Numbered from the stretch's first letter, positions 17,852 to 28,971 are shown. The stretch is DNA of 64,000 nt from Flavobacteriaceae bacterium (GCA_029238125.1 JAQWGQ010000018.1:15252-79251), one strand, 5' to 3'. Notes: generated by a model from the letters alone, not told the origin. Numbers and translations are program-made.

Positions 17852-18985
17852 ATGCTTAAACAAAATACTTTAAAGAGCTACACACTTTTTTTACTTTTCT
17901 CATTTTCAATTCTCAGCGCACAGCTAATCGTTAGCCCCACGGCCAGCGTTACCGATGGGGAGACCTATCCTGAATTGTATGGCGCACAGGACATCACCAC
18001 GGTTGTGATTGGGGAAAATACCTATGCCTTGGTGGCTTCTGTTTTGGATGATGGCGTACAGATCATCGACATCAGCAATCCGGCAAGCCCCAGTGCGGTG
18101 GCGAACGTTACCGAGGGGGGAACCTATTCTGAATTGTGGGGCGCATCTGGCATTACCACGGTTGTGATTGGGGAAAATACCTATGCCTTGGTGGCTGCTG
18201 CTAGTGATGATGGCGTACAAATCATCGACATTAGCGACCCGGCAGTCCCTAGTGCGGTGGCGATCTTTGAATAGGGGGATTATCGTATTCACTTTGCATT
18301 GGATGGAGCATGGGACATCACCACGGTTGTGATTGGGGGAATCACATGTGCCTTGGTAACTGCTATTTATGACGATGGCGTACAAATCATGGACATCAGT
18401 AATCCGGAAAGCCCGAAAAGGGTAAAAAAAGTTACCGATGGAACAGACTATCCTGAATTAGATGATGCACACGGCATTACCAAGGTGGTGATTGAGGGAA
18501 ATACCTATGCCTTGGTGGCTTCTGTTATTGATGATGGCGTACAAATCATCGACATCAGCAATCCGGCAAGCCCGAGTGCGGTGGCAAGCGTTAGCGATGG
18601 GGAAACCTATCCTGCATTGGATGGCGCACGGGGTATTACCACGGTTGTGATTGGGGGAAATACCTATGCCTTGGTGGTTTCTTCTAATGATGATGGTGTA
18701 CAAATCATACAGTTGGAAGATGATCCAACTTTTAGCGCAGAAGAAATTTTGGAGCAGTCGGTTTTGCTTTACCCCAACCCCGCAAAGTCACATCTGCAAG
18801 TGGAGTACACCCACCCCACCCAAGCCAGCTATACCGTTTATGCCCTTACGGGTCAGGTGGTGGCAACGGCCCAGCACTACCACTTGGTGCATAGCATCAA
18901 TATATCGCAACTGAGCAGTGGCACCTATTTGCTGCAAGCCAAAAGCGGTAAAGAAGAAAAATATTACCATTTTATCAAGGAGTAG
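17852..18985 (+). pseudogene. LVIVD-repeat (beta-propeller-like) secreted protein with a T9SS C-terminal sorting domain, interrupted by an in-frame TAG at 18272-18274
   Basis: Signal peptide MLKQNTLKSYTLFLLFSFSILSAQ and five 53-55-aa repeats (..DG.TYPEL.GA.GITTVVIGENTYALVAS..DDGVQIIDISNPASPSAVA.V). The C-terminus LLYPNPAKSHLQVEY...LSSGTYLLQAKSGKEEKYYHFIKE resembles a T9SS sorting domain. ORFs 17852..18274 and 18299..18985 are in the same frame. The second ORF begins only at a TTG that is a repeat-internal Leu codon. Confidence 0.75.
17948..18748 (+). repeat. Five tandem in-frame coding repeats (159, 159, 165, 159, 159 bp)
   Basis: Units start at 17948, 18107, 18266, 18431 and 18590. Long identical stretches recur, such as ACCACGGTTGTGATTGGGGAAAATACCTATGCCTTGGTGGCT. 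Confidence 0.9.
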
Positions 18986-19015
18986 TTTAAGGTTTTACAA
19001 GCACCAATCCTTTTT

Positions 19016-19043
19016 AAAACCCGTCTTTAGGCGGGTTTTTTTT
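19016..19043 (+). terminator. Rho-independent terminator after the LVIVD-repeat gene
   Basis: AAAACCCGTC-ttta-GGCGGGTTTTTTTT, about 30 nt after the stop at 18985. Confidence 0.8.
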
Positions 19044-19106
19044 GCAATTCTTGATCAATTTCTCGAGAACGTCAATAACTAACAACTATCCCTTATCTTT
19101 GAATGG

Positions 19107-20129
19107 ATGAACGAACACTTAGATCCCGAGGGGGCACATTTCACGCCAGAAGACCAAGACATTGATCGCGCGTTGCGCCCCTTGCAATTTGCCGACTTTA
19201 TGGGTCAGCCACAAGTTCTCGATAATCTTCAAGTATTTGTGCAAGCAGCCAATCAGCGGGAGGATGCCCTAGACCATACACTGCTCCACGGTCCGCCGGG
19301 CTTAGGGAAGACCACTTTAGCACACATTTTAGGAAACGAATTACAAGTCGGGGTAAAGGTAACCTCAGGACCCGTTCTGGATAAGCCGGGGGATTTGGCA
19401 GGACTGCTCACCAACCTCGAGTCGCGAGACGTATTGTTTATAGATGAAATCCACCGTTTGAGCCCCATCGTAGAAGAGTATCTCTACTCTGCTATGGAGG
19501 ATTATAAAATCGATATCATGATTGAGTCGGGGCCAAATGCTCGTACGGTCGAAATTAACCTGAACCCCTTTACATTGATCGGGGCAACCACGCGCTCGGG
19601 CTTGCTCACAGCTCCGATGCGTGCCCGTTTTGGCATCAATTGTCGGTTGACCTATTACACCACGGAGGTTTTGTCAACTATAGTTGAAAGAAGTGCAGAT
19701 ATCCTAAACATAGCGATTACCAATGAAGCGGCGATTGAGATTGCTGGTCGTAGTCGTGGTACGCCACGGATAGCCAATGCCTTGTTGCGACGAATTCGTG
19801 ACTTTGCGCAAATCAAAGGGGATGGCAGTATCGATATGAAGATTGCCAAATATGGTTTAGAAGCCCTTCACGTCGATGCGCATGGCCTGGACGAAATGGA
19901 CAACAAAATTCTCAGCACCATGATGGATAAATTTAAGGGTGGCCCAGTCGGAATCAGTACCCTAGCCACTGCGGTTTCCGAAAGTGCAGAGACATTGGAA
20001 GAAGTTTACGAACCATTTCTCATTCAACAAGGATTTATTGTTCGCACACCTCGAGGACGTGAAGTCACAGACCTTGCCTATCGTCATTTGGGTCGTACCA
20101 AATCTAGCCGCCAAGGAGATTTGTTTTGA
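19107..20129 (+). CDS. ruvB: Holliday junction branch migration helicase RuvB
   Basis: Walker [18 protein letters not shown] and a RuvB C-terminal winged-helix-like region. 340 aa. Confidence 0.97.
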   Translation: MNEHLDPEGAHFTPEDQDIDRALRPLQFADFMGQPQVLDNLQVFVQAANQREDALDHTLLHGPPGLGKTTLAHILGNELQVGVKVTSGPVLDKPGDLAGLLTNLESRDVLFIDEIHRLSPIVEEYLYSAMEDYKIDIMIESGPNARTVEINLNPFTLIGATTRSGLLTAPMRARFGINCRLTYYTTEVLSTIVERSADILNIAITNEAAIEIAGRSRGTPRIANALLRRIRDFAQIKGDGSIDMKIAKYGLEALHVDAHGLDEMDNKILSTMMDKFKGGPVGISTLATAVSESAETLEEVYEPFLIQQGFIVRTPRGREVTDLAYRHLGRTKSSRQGDLF

Positions 20130-21049
20130 ATCTGGCAGCCCAACATAGTCAACTGATAAAAGACCATGCAAAACGACTCGGCTTTTTGTCGTGTGGGATT
20201 TCGAATGCTGGGTTTTTGGAAGAAGAGGCCCCTCGATTGGAGCAATGGCTACGCCAAGGGCATCATGGAAGCATGACCTATATGGAAAGAAACTTTGACA
20301 AGCGTCTCGATCCAACCAAACTCGTACCAGGGGCAAAAAGCGTGGTTTCACTGCTGTATAATTATTTCCCAAAAGAATCTCAATCGGACACAAGTGCGCC
20401 CAAAATCTCGAAGTATGCCTACGGAAAAGACTATCATATTGTCATCAAAGACAAATTGCATGAAATGATGCATCTACTACAGGAGGAAATCGGAGAGATA
20501 CACGGTCGTGTGTTTGTCGATTCCGCCCCAGTTCTAGACAAGGCATGGGCAGCAAAAAGCGGATTGGGATGGGTTGGAAAACACACCAATTTGATTTCTA
20601 AACAAACAGGTTCTTTTTTCTTTATTGCGGAACTGATTATCGATTTGCCTTTGGAAGCGGACACACCTGTAACAGACCACTGCGGCTCTTGCACTGCTTG
20701 TATTGATGCTTGTCCTACGGATGCAATCATCGCCCCCTATCAAGTGGATGGTAGCAAGTGTATTTCCTACTTTACCATTGAGCTCAAAGAAGCGATTCCA
20801 CAAGAGGTCAAGGGAAAATTTGACAACTGGGCCTTTGGTTGTGATGTGTGTCAGGATGTGTGTCCTTGGAACCGCTTTTCAACGCCTCATCAAGAACCCG
20901 AATTTGAACCCTCCCCGGAACTCATGAACCTCACCAAAAACGATTGGCATGAAATCACAGAAGCAGTTTTTGATCGATTATTTGCGGAAAGCGCCGTCCA
21001 AAGAACCCAATTTTCTGGTTTGAAACGCAACCTTGATTTTTTGCGTTAA
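20126..21049 (+). CDS. queG: Epoxyqueuosine reductase QueG
   Basis: 4Fe-4S motifs [15 protein letters not shown] and [11 protein letters not shown], plus SYFTIE. The only plausible start is a TTG overlapping the ruvB stop (TTGA). The next in-frame ATG is far downstream. Confidence 0.85.
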   Translation: MNLAAQHSQLIKDHAKRLGFLSCGISNAGFLEEEAPRLEQWLRQGHHGSMTYMERNFDKRLDPTKLVPGAKSVVSLLYNYFPKESQSDTSAPKISKYAYGKDYHIVIKDKLHEMMHLLQEEIGEIHGRVFVDSAPVLDKAWAAKSGLGWVGKHTNLISKQTGSFFFIAELIIDLPLEADTPVTDHCGSCTACIDACPTDAIIAPYQVDGSKCISYFTIELKEAIPQEVKGKFDNWAFGCDVCQDVCPWNRFSTPHQEPEFEPSPELMNLTKNDWHEITEAVFDRLFAESAVQRTQFSGLKRNLDFLR

Positions 21050-21106
21050 GTCTGTTAATAAAGACTATTGTAATGCCAAAATAATCGTTACTTTTGAGAG
21101 GAAACT

Positions 21107-21688
21107 ATGATAACACAACTCCGTGGTCGTCTTGTTGAAAAATCACCGACTTCAGTCGTCATTGACTGTCAGGGGGTTGGCTATTTGGTCAACATTTCTT
21201 TGTACACGTTTGGTCAACTGACGGATGAGGAAAACATCCAACTCTTTACGCATTTGCAAGTTCGTGAAGATGCCCATACGCTCTATGGATTTACTACAGA
21301 CTTGGAGCGTCAATTGTTTCGATTGCTGATCGGAATTTCAGGAATCGGCGCCAACACGGCACGAACCATGTTGTCGTCATTGAGCCCAAGTGAAATCGGC
21401 CAGGCGATACAGGGCGAGCAAGTAGATGTCATTCAGTCGGTTAAGGGAATAGGCGCAAAGACCGCCCAACGTGTGGTCATTGAACTGCGCGACAAAATAC
21501 AAGACGTAGTTGCCGATGCGGGAATTCCTTCGGTTTCAAGCAATACCAATAGAGAAGAGGCGTTATCTGCTTTGGTAGTCTTAGGGTACCAAACAAAATC
21601 CTGCGTGAAGGTGATTGATGAACTTCTTTCAATGGATGCTGAAATGAGTGTCGAACGCCTGATTCGCAATGCACTGAATAAATTATAG
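21107..21688 (+). CDS. ruvA: Holliday junction DNA-binding protein RuvA
   Basis: MITQLRGRLVEKSPTSVVIDCQGVGYLVNISLYTF... with helix-hairpin-helix GIGANTARTML and VKGIGAKTAQRVV. 193 aa. Confidence 0.95.
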   Translation: MITQLRGRLVEKSPTSVVIDCQGVGYLVNISLYTFGQLTDEENIQLFTHLQVREDAHTLYGFTTDLERQLFRLLIGISGIGANTARTMLSSLSPSEIGQAIQGEQVDVIQSVKGIGAKTAQRVVIELRDKIQDVVADAGIPSVSSNTNREEALSALVVLGYQTKSCVKVIDELLSMDAEMSVERLIRNALNKL

Positions 21689-21693
21689 CTTGT

Positions 21694-24600
21694 ATGCGAT
21701 TGGTTTCAATCCAGAAAATACTTGTTGTTGCTGTATTGATGTTGTCTTGGCAAGGGTTTGCCCAGAACGATAGTCTTCAGCTATCTCCTGCTATCCAAAA
21801 TCTTGCACTGAAAAATCTGCCGAGCTCTTTTGTGGAAGAATACACCTATGACCCCACTCTCAATTTGTATATCTACACGGTTAAAGCCGGAGAAATCGAC
21901 ATCAATGCGCCACTGACACTGACCCCTGAAGAATACCTCCAGAGGATGATGAGTCAAGAAGCATTGGACTATATGAATGAAAAACAAGCGCTGCTTTCGG
22001 GAGATGTAGAAGACCCAGAACAACAAAAAAATTTACTACCAGACCTCTATGTCCGATCCGATTTGTTTCGACGATTGTTTGGGAGTGATGTCATTCAAAT
22101 TATCCCAAAAGGATCCGTTGGAATCGATTTGGGTGTGCGGTATCAAAAGTCGGGGAACCCCGCTCTTTCCCCACGAAATCAAAGCAGCTTTGGATTTGAT
22201 TTCGATCAGCGTATTAGTGTAGGAATAGTTGGAAACATCGGAGAGCGTTTTCGAGTCAATGCCAATTATGACACCCAATCAACCTTTGATTTTCAGAATC
22301 TAATCAAACTTGATTTTTTCCCCCCTACAGCCGATAAAGTGAGTCAGTCAATAGGCGGTCGTGTAGGAAATGCGGTATCCACTGCCTCAGATGCCGTGGG
22401 GCGTATTCAAAACCAAGTAGATCGGCTAAAGGGAGGAATCGATAAAGTCAAAAGTTTACAAGACGGCTTTAGTGGCAACGAAGACGGGATCCTGCAAAAA
22501 TTAGAAATTGGAAATGTAAGTATGCCGCTCAACAGCTCTCTGATCTCAGGAGCACAAAGTCTATTTGGCGTCAAGGCAGACCTCAAATTTGGAAATACCA
22601 ATATCTCTGGGGTGATTTCAGAACAACGCTCCCAAACCCAACGTATGATGACTTCTGCCGATGGAAGTTTGGAGGAGTTTTCCCTTTTTGCACTCGATTA
22701 CGAGGAAGACCGTCACTTCTTTTTAGCACAATATTTCCGCGATCAATACGACCTTTCGATCGCGACTTACCCCTATATCAATACAGCAGTGCAAATCACA
22801 CGAGTTGAGGTGTGGGTAACCAACCGCAATGCACAAACCAATAATGTCCGCAACCTTGTTGCCTTGCAAGATTTGGGAGAAACCATCGCTGATCAAACTC
22901 GTCTCGATGACTTATATCCAAATTTCTTTACTGCCTCGAGTGTGAGTGGATATCCCGACAACAAAGCCAACCAACTCAGTCCTGAACAGTTGGGGAGTGG
23001 GATTCTGACAAACGACATTCGAGACATTGCCACGACGCGTAACGGCTTTGGAACCCTCTCAGACGTGGTGCAAGAGGGCATCGATTATGCGGTTCTCGAA
23101 AGTGCACGAAAACTCGAACCAACAGACTATACCCTACATCCCAAATTGGGATATATCTCCCTGAGACAACGACTCAACAATGATGAAATTTTGGCGGTTG
23201 CCTTTCAGTACACAGTCGGGGGGCAAACCTATCAAGTCGGGGAGTTTGCTGGCGATGGTGTGCCATCGAGCTCAACCAGCGGAAGTGGCCAAAGTCAACA
23301 GGTCTTCAACAATAGTTTGGTGGTTAAGCTCCTTCGAAGCAATTTGATCAATGTAGAACAACCCGTATGGGATTTGATGATGAAAAATATCTACAATATT
23401 GGAGCATACCGACTTGATCAAGATGGCTTTGTGTTTAGCCTTCTCTTTTCAGATCCCTCCCCGATAAACTATATCACGCCAATTGCAGAAGACATCTGGC
23501 CAGAGGGGCTTGACCAACGGGTGTTGCTCAACGTTTTTGGGATCGATCGGCTCAATATCTACAACGACCTACAGGACGGAGGAGATGGCTTTTTTGACTT
23601 TGTCGAAGGAATTACGGTTGACCGAGAAAATGGGCGTATTATTTTTCCAAAAGTAGAGCCGTTTGGAGAGTTTTTGTTTGACACCTTACAGTCTGACACA
23701 AGTGAGGACTATGATGTGGCAGCTACCTATAACGCCAACCAAAACAAATATGTCTTTCCAGAGATGTATAAGCTGACCAAATCTGAGGCGATTGACTTTG
23801 CAGCGCAAAACAAATTCCAACTCAAAGGGCGCTACAAGTCGACCGGAGGAGGGGCCGGAATTTCTCTTGGAGCTTTTAACGTACCCCGCGGATCGGTTCG
23901 TGTGACCGCTGGTGGACGCCTTCTTCAAGAGGGGATCGATTACTCTGTAAATTACCAACTTGGGCGTGTAACCATACTCAACGAAAGTTTGCAAAATTCC
24001 AATGTCCCCATTGAAGTTTCGACCGAAAGCAACTCCTTTTTTGGTCAACAGAACAAACGCTTTAGCGGGGTTCATGTCGAACATAAATTCAGCGATAACT
24101 TTTTGATGGGAGCTACCGTGATGAACCTCAGCGAGCGTCCGCTTACACAAAAAGCAAACTATGGACTAGAGCCAGTCAACAATACCATGCTGGGAATGAG
24201 CTCTACCTTTTCGACAGAAATACCATTCCTAACTCGCATGGTCAACAAGCTGCCAAACATAGACACGGAAGTTATGTCAAATCTATCCTTCCGTGGTGAG
24301 ATTGCCTATTTGTTGTCCCAAACGCCAAAAGGTGCCGAACTCAATGGAGAAGCAACCACCTATGTCGATGACTTTGAAGGAGCGCAAAGTAACATCGATT
24401 TGCGTGATGTACTCTCTTGGTCACTCTCGAGTGTGCCTGCTGCCAATGTGCAAGGTTCCAACGCACCGATTGATGATCTCAGTAGTGGCCACCATCGCGC
24501 ACGACTGGCATGGTACACCATTGATCCCGTATTTTATTCCAATCAACGGCCATCAGAAGTCTCAAATAATGACCTATCCGAAGACGAGGTACGACGCGTT

Positions 24601-27600
24601 TTTATCAATGAAATTTTCCCACAACAAGACCTTGTGCAAGGCCAAACGGCAGTTCAATACACCATGGACTTGGCATACTATCCCGAAGAAAAAGGACCCT
24701 ACAACTCCAATCCCTATCGGAGTTTTGTCAATGACCCCTCTGAAAATTGGGCGGGGATCACTCGTGCCCTGAGCAGCACCAACTTTGATCAGTCCAACGT
24801 GGAGTATATCGAGTTTTGGTTGCTCGACACATTTTCTGAAAATGACGAGTTAACCGATGAAAGTCTTGGGGATTTGATATTTGATTTGGGAAGTATTTCG
24901 GAAGACGTTTTACGAGATGGACGCAAGCAGTATGAAAACGGATTGCCCGGAACGGATGGTCTGGCACTTACCTACGAAACGGGATGGGCGCGAACCCCTG
25001 CAACCCAGTCTTTGGTTTATGCTTTTGATGCAAACGCAGCAAACCGCGGCTTGCAAGATGTGGGCTATGATGGGCTGTCTGATCAAGAGGAAGGTGCGAT
25101 CTATTCCACTAGGTTTACTGCTGAAAGTAGTGATCCAGCAGGGGATAACTACCAATATTTTTTACAAGCCAATGGGTCGATACTCAATCGATACAAGCGC
25201 TACAATGGCACAGACGGTAATTCGATTCTTGAAGTAGCTGATAACAATCGTGGATCCTATACGGTCCCCGATGCGGAAGACCTCAACAAGGACAACACCA
25301 TGAATACCATTGACAGTTATTTTGAATATCGCATCCCGATTCAAAAGAATATGCAAGTGGGATCACACCCCTTTATTGCCGATGTACGGGTCAATAATAA
25401 TGTGGAACTTGCCAATGGTGATCGAACGACCTCACGTTGGCTGCAATTCAAAATTCCTGTTGTACCAGAATACTATGACAACCCCAGTTTACGTCCCTAT
25501 TTTGAAGCAGTCAACAATATGTCAGATTTACGTTCTGTACGCTTTATGAGAATGTGGCTTAAGGGCTTTACGGATCCAGTTGTACTTCGATTTGGAACAT
25601 TGGATTTGGTTCGTGGCGATTGGCGACGATACAACCAACCGCTCAACACGGCACAAACCAGTAGCGCAAATACCAGTGTTGACGTGAGTACCGTGAACAT
25701 CTTAGAAAACGAAAATCGCATCCCGATCAACTATAAACTACCACCTGGTGTGGTTCGCGAACAGCTCAATAATTTTAATACGGTGATTCGTCAAAATGAG
25801 CAGTCTATATCCTTACGAGTCCAAGACCTCGAACCAAAAGACCTGAAAGGGGTATATAAAAATATCGATATCGATATGCGTCAGTATAAACGAATCAAGA
25901 TGTTTGTCCATGCGGAATCGATCCCAAACCGAACACCTTTACCAGGTGAGGGCTCTCAGGAGAATTTTGACAAGCGCATGGTTGCCTTTATGCGGATTGG
26001 TACCGATATGACGGAAAATTATTATCAAATCGAGGTGCCCCTAAAGCCAACATCCTACACCGAAGGAGTCTCCAATAACCTCAGTGCAGACAATGTGTGG
26101 CAACCAGAAAGTAACTCCATCGACATTCCATTGTCACTCCTCACAGGAGCCAAGGCAAATGCCATACAAAACCGCAGCTTGATCGGGGCAACTTATTTCG
26201 ATGAAGAACTCAATCCCATCGATGAGTTTACCCCCATAAGTAGTTTGCCTGGAAACAAGAAATACAAAATTGCAGTTCGTGGTAACCCAACTTTGGGTCA
26301 AGTGAGAACCCTAATGGTTGGGGTGAAAAACCCTTCCGAATCGCCTGGCGATTACCTCCATGGAGAAGTTTGGTTTAATGAGCTTCGTTTGGCAGAAATT
26401 GATACCCAAGGGGGGTGGGCCTCCGTGGCTGAGCTTGACGCCAATTTTGCAGATTTCGCCACAATAAATCTCAATGGGAATATCTCGACAGTTGGCTTTG
26501 GCAATATCGATCAAATTCCAAACCTGCGCAACCAAGACGATACCCGTGGCTATGGCGTTAATGCCAATGTGAATGTGGGACAACTGCTACCCAAAAAATG
26601 GGGAGTTCAGTTGCCGTTGAGTTACAACTTTGCAGAAGAATTTATCACCCCCAAATACGATCCGTTTTATCAAGATTTAAAACTACAAGACCGTCTCGAC
26701 AATTCCCCAGGCCAAGCGACCAAAGATGCGATCCGAAATCAAGCTGTGAGCCAGTCACAACAGAAAAGCATTAACCTCGTTGGGGTGCGTAAACAACGTG
26801 GCCCCGATCAACGCAAAGACTTTTTTGATATTGAGAACTTTGATCTGTCCTATGCCTACAACGAAGAAAAACGAAGTGACTACGAAATCGAAGACTACAG
26901 CTTTAAAAACTTGCGAATGGGCGCTGGTTATCAATATGGATTTGAACCATTGTCAATCGAGCCCTTTTCAAAGCTCTCATTTATCAATACCAAAAGCTAT
27001 TTGCAGTGGCTGAGCGCAATCAATATCAATCCGGTTCCTGCGAGTGTTTCGCTTTCAACCAATATCAATCGAACATTTAATAGTCAGCAGTTTCGAGAGG
27101 TGTTTTTGGAAGGGGTTGATGTAGGACAACAACTCGCACTGCCCAAATTGCAACAACGAAACTATATGTTCGATTGGATGTTTACCCTCAATCACAATTT
27201 GACCAAATCCCTACGGTTCGATTTTACCGCATCGAGTAAGAATATCGTTCGGAACTATTACGATCAGGACACATCGAACACAAAAAAGGTGAATCAAGAA
27301 CTCGATATTTGGGATGGACTTTGGGATGTTGGAGACCCAAACCAGTTTAGCCAACGACTCGGACTGACGTATAACCTTCCTTTCCGACTCCTTCCACTTG
27401 TAAATTTTATCGATGGGACATACAGTTATTCAGCAGATTTTAATTGGCAACGAGGGTCAGAGTCTCTCAATGAAGTAGAAGATGAGTTTGGCAATGTACT
27501 CGGTGTTGTGAACACCATACAAAACGCAAACACCCACAATTTGAACACCTCCTTTAATTTTCAAAAAATTTACCGTGCGCTTAAACTCGAAAAAAACACA

Positions 27601-28971
27601 CGATCCCGAGACCGAAAATCCATACAAACCCAATTGACCAATTCGCTGATTGGTCTTGCCACTGCCCTCAAGCGTGTGCAGGTGACATACAGCGAAAACA
27701 ATGGAACAGTATTGCCTGGCTACACCCAAAACGTTGGGTTCTTGGGGACTTCCAATCCGGGTTTATCCTTTGCATTGGGTAGCCAAAGCGATATCCGTTA
27801 TGAAGCCGCAAAGCGAGGGTGGCTTACCGAGTTCCCGAGTTATAATGGACAATTTACGCAAGTGCACAACACAGATTTGACCTATTCTGCGGAAGTCAGT
27901 TTTCTGCAGGACTTACAGCTCGATATCAGCGGAAACCGCAGTCTGTCTGAGAATCGTGGCGAGAACTATATCGTTACAGATGCGAGTTACAACGCCCTCA
28001 ACCCAAATACCTTTGGCAACTTTGAAATCTCAACCATTTTGATCAACACGGCGTTTGGTTCAGGAACAGTTGACGATCAATCCTTTGATGACTTAAAAGC
28101 CAATCGGCTGATTGTCGCACAGCGTTTGGCAAATGAGCGAGGTCTTGACCCAGCCAACATCGACGCAGATGGTTTTCCAGTGGGCTATGGAAAAATCAAT
28201 CAAGCAGTACTCATCCCTGCTTTTTTGGCGGCATACACAGGGCAAAACCCTAAAACTGCACCCCTAACCGCAACACGTGAAACGCCACTTCCAAATTGGG
28301 CATTACAGTACACAGGGCTGATGAAAATAAAACTCTTTAAAAAATATTTTCAGCGATTTTCCATCGCTCATGGCTATCGAGCAAGTCATACCCTGAACAA
28401 CTTTCAAACCAACCTGAATTACGACCATACACGACCAGATCAGCTCGATCAAGGCGGCAACTTTCTCAATGAAACCTTGTACACAAACATCAATTTGGTT
28501 GAGCAATTCAACCCACTGGTCAAGGTAGACTTTGAACTCAAAAACAGCTTCCAGTTTAGCACGGAAATCAAAAAAGACCGCGCTTTGGCATTGAGCTTGG
28601 ACAATAATTTACTTACCGAAACCAGCGGAAAAGAACTAACGCTGGGGATAGGATACCGACTAAAATCTGTTCCATTGCGCACTAACTTTGGCGGCAAACG
28701 GACAACGCTAAAGGGAGACATCAATATCAAAGGGGACTTATCGGTTCGCGACAACATTACGATCGTGCGCACCCTCGACTTGCTCAACAACCAAGTCACG
28801 GCAGGGCAGCGGTTGTGGTCACTCAAACTCTCCGCTGATTACGCGTTATCTCAGAATCTGACGGCCTTATTTTTCTATGACCATACCTTTTCAAAATTTG
28901 CAATCTCAACGGCTTTTCCACAAACCAATATCCGTTCGGGTGTGACCCTGCGGTATAACTTTGGTAATTAG
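21694..28971 (+). CDS. sprA: T9SS translocon / gliding-motility protein SprA (Sov)
   Basis: 2425-aa outer-membrane protein with a signal peptide and a composition and length typical of SprA. It starts 5 nt after ruvA. Confidence 0.9.
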   Translation: MRLVSIQKILVVAVLMLSWQGFAQNDSLQLSPAIQNLALKNLPSSFVEEYTYDPTLNLYIYTVKAGEIDINAPLTLTPEEYLQRMMSQEALDYMNEKQALLSGDVEDPEQQKNLLPDLYVRSDLFRRLFGSDVIQIIPKGSVGIDLGVRYQKSGNPALSPRNQSSFGFDFDQRISVGIVGNIGERFRVNANYDTQSTFDFQNLIKLDFFPPTADKVSQSIGGRVGNAVSTASDAVGRIQNQVDRLKGGIDKVKSLQDGFSGNEDGILQKLEIGNVSMPLNSSLISGAQSLFGVKADLKFGNTNISGVISEQRSQTQRMMTSADGSLEEFSLFALDYEEDRHFFLAQYFRDQYDLSIATYPYINTAVQITRVEVWVTNRNAQTNNVRNLVALQDLGETIADQTRLDDLYPNFFTASSVSGYPDNKANQLSPEQLGSGILTNDIRDIATTRNGFGTLSDVVQEGIDYAVLESARKLEPTDYTLHPKLGYISLRQRLNNDEILAVAFQYTVGGQTYQVGEFAGDGVPSSSTSGSGQSQQVFNNSLVVKLLRSNLINVEQPVWDLMMKNIYNIGAYRLDQDGFVFSLLFSDPSPINYITPIAEDIWPEGLDQRVLLNVFGIDRLNIYNDLQDGGDGFFDFVEGITVDRENGRIIFPKVEPFGEFLFDTLQSDTSEDYDVAATYNANQNKYVFPEMYKLTKSEAIDFAAQNKFQLKGRYKSTGGGAGISLGAFNVPRGSVRVTAGGRLLQEGIDYSVNYQLGRVTILNESLQNSNVPIEVSTESNSFFGQQNKRFSGVHVEHKFSDNFLMGATVMNLSERPLTQKANYGLEPVNNTMLGMSSTFSTEIPFLTRMVNKLPNIDTEVMSNLSFRGEIAYLLSQTPKGAELNGEATTYVDDFEGAQSNIDLRDVLSWSLSSVPAANVQGSNAPIDDLSSGHHRARLAWYTIDPVFYSNQRPSEVSNNDLSEDEVRRVFINEIFPQQDLVQGQTAVQYTMDLAYYPEEKGPYNSNPYRSFVNDPSENWAGITRALSSTNFDQSNVEYIEFWLLDTFSENDELTDESLGDLIFDLGSISEDVLRDGRKQYENGLPGTDGLALTYETGWARTPATQSLVYAFDANAANRGLQDVGYDGLSDQEEGAIYSTRFTAESSDPAGDNYQYFLQANGSILNRYKRYNGTDGNSILEVADNNRGSYTVPDAEDLNKDNTMNTIDSYFEYRIPIQKNMQVGSHPFIADVRVNNNVELANGDRTTSRWLQFKIPVVPEYYDNPSLRPYFEAVNNMSDLRSVRFMRMWLKGFTDPVVLRFGTLDLVRGDWRRYNQPLNTAQTSSANTSVDVSTVNILENENRIPINYKLPPGVVREQLNNFNTVIRQNEQSISLRVQDLEPKDLKGVYKNIDIDMRQYKRIKMFVHAESIPNRTPLPGEGSQENFDKRMVAFMRIGTDMTENYYQIEVPLKPTSYTEGVSNNLSADNVWQPESNSIDIPLSLLTGAKANAIQNRSLIGATYFDEELNPIDEFTPISSLPGNKKYKIAVRGNPTLGQVRTLMVGVKNPSESPGDYLHGEVWFNELRLAEIDTQGGWASVAELDANFADFATINLNGNISTVGFGNIDQIPNLRNQDDTRGYGVNANVNVGQLLPKKWGVQLPLSYNFAEEFITPKYDPFYQDLKLQDRLDNSPGQATKDAIRNQAVSQSQQKSINLVGVRKQRGPDQRKDFFDIENFDLSYAYNEEKRSDYEIEDYSFKNLRMGAGYQYGFEPLSIEPFSKLSFINTKSYLQWLSAININPVPASVSLSTNINRTFNSQQFREVFLEGVDVGQQLALPKLQQRNYMFDWMFTLNHNLTKSLRFDFTASSKNIVRNYYDQDTSNTKKVNQELDIWDGLWDVGDPNQFSQRLGLTYNLPFRLLPLVNFIDGTYSYSADFNWQRGSESLNEVEDEFGNVLGVVNTIQNANTHNLNTSFNFQKIYRALKLEKNTRSRDRKSIQTQLTNSLIGLATALKRVQVTYSENNGTVLPGYTQNVGFLGTSNPGLSFALGSQSDIRYEAAKRGWLTEFPSYNGQFTQVHNTDLTYSAEVSFLQDLQLDISGNRSLSENRGENYIVTDASYNALNPNTFGNFEISTILINTAFGSGTVDDQSFDDLKANRLIVAQRLANERGLDPANIDADGFPVGYGKINQAVLIPAFLAAYTGQNPKTAPLTATRETPLPNWALQYTGLMKIKLFKKYFQRFSIAHGYRASHTLNNFQTNLNYDHTRPDQLDQGGNFLNETLYTNINLVEQFNPLVKVDFELKNSFQFSTEIKKDRALALSLDNNLLTETSGKELTLGIGYRLKSVPLRTNFGGKRTTLKGDINIKGDLSVRDNITIVRTLDLLNNQVTAGQRLWSLKLSADYALSQNLTALFFYDHTFSKFAISTAFPQTNIRSGVTLRYNFGN

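Noticed and set aside
18272-18274. Possibility that the in-frame TAG is decoded (readthrough or pyrrolysine) rather than terminating
   Set aside because: No pyl genes or recoding signals are visible in the window, and recoding of TAG is not known for this lineage. The stop aligns with an ordinary Glu/Asp codon, so a point mutation is the simpler explanation.
17924-18703. Antisense ORFs 17924..18385 and 18458..18703, which also show an internal repeat and span the TAG site
   Set aside because: Their periodicity simply mirrors the sense-strand 159-bp repeats. The translations are Arg/His/Cys/Asn-rich nonsense, with no signal peptide or domain pattern. The sense strand has a clear signal peptide, LVIVD-like repeats and a T9SS sorting domain.
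17948-18748. Regular 159-bp tandem repeats considered as a CRISPR-like or minisatellite array
   Set aside because: The units are in-frame coding repeats of 53-55 codons with no spacer/repeat alternation. They are far longer than CRISPR repeats and have no cas genes nearby.
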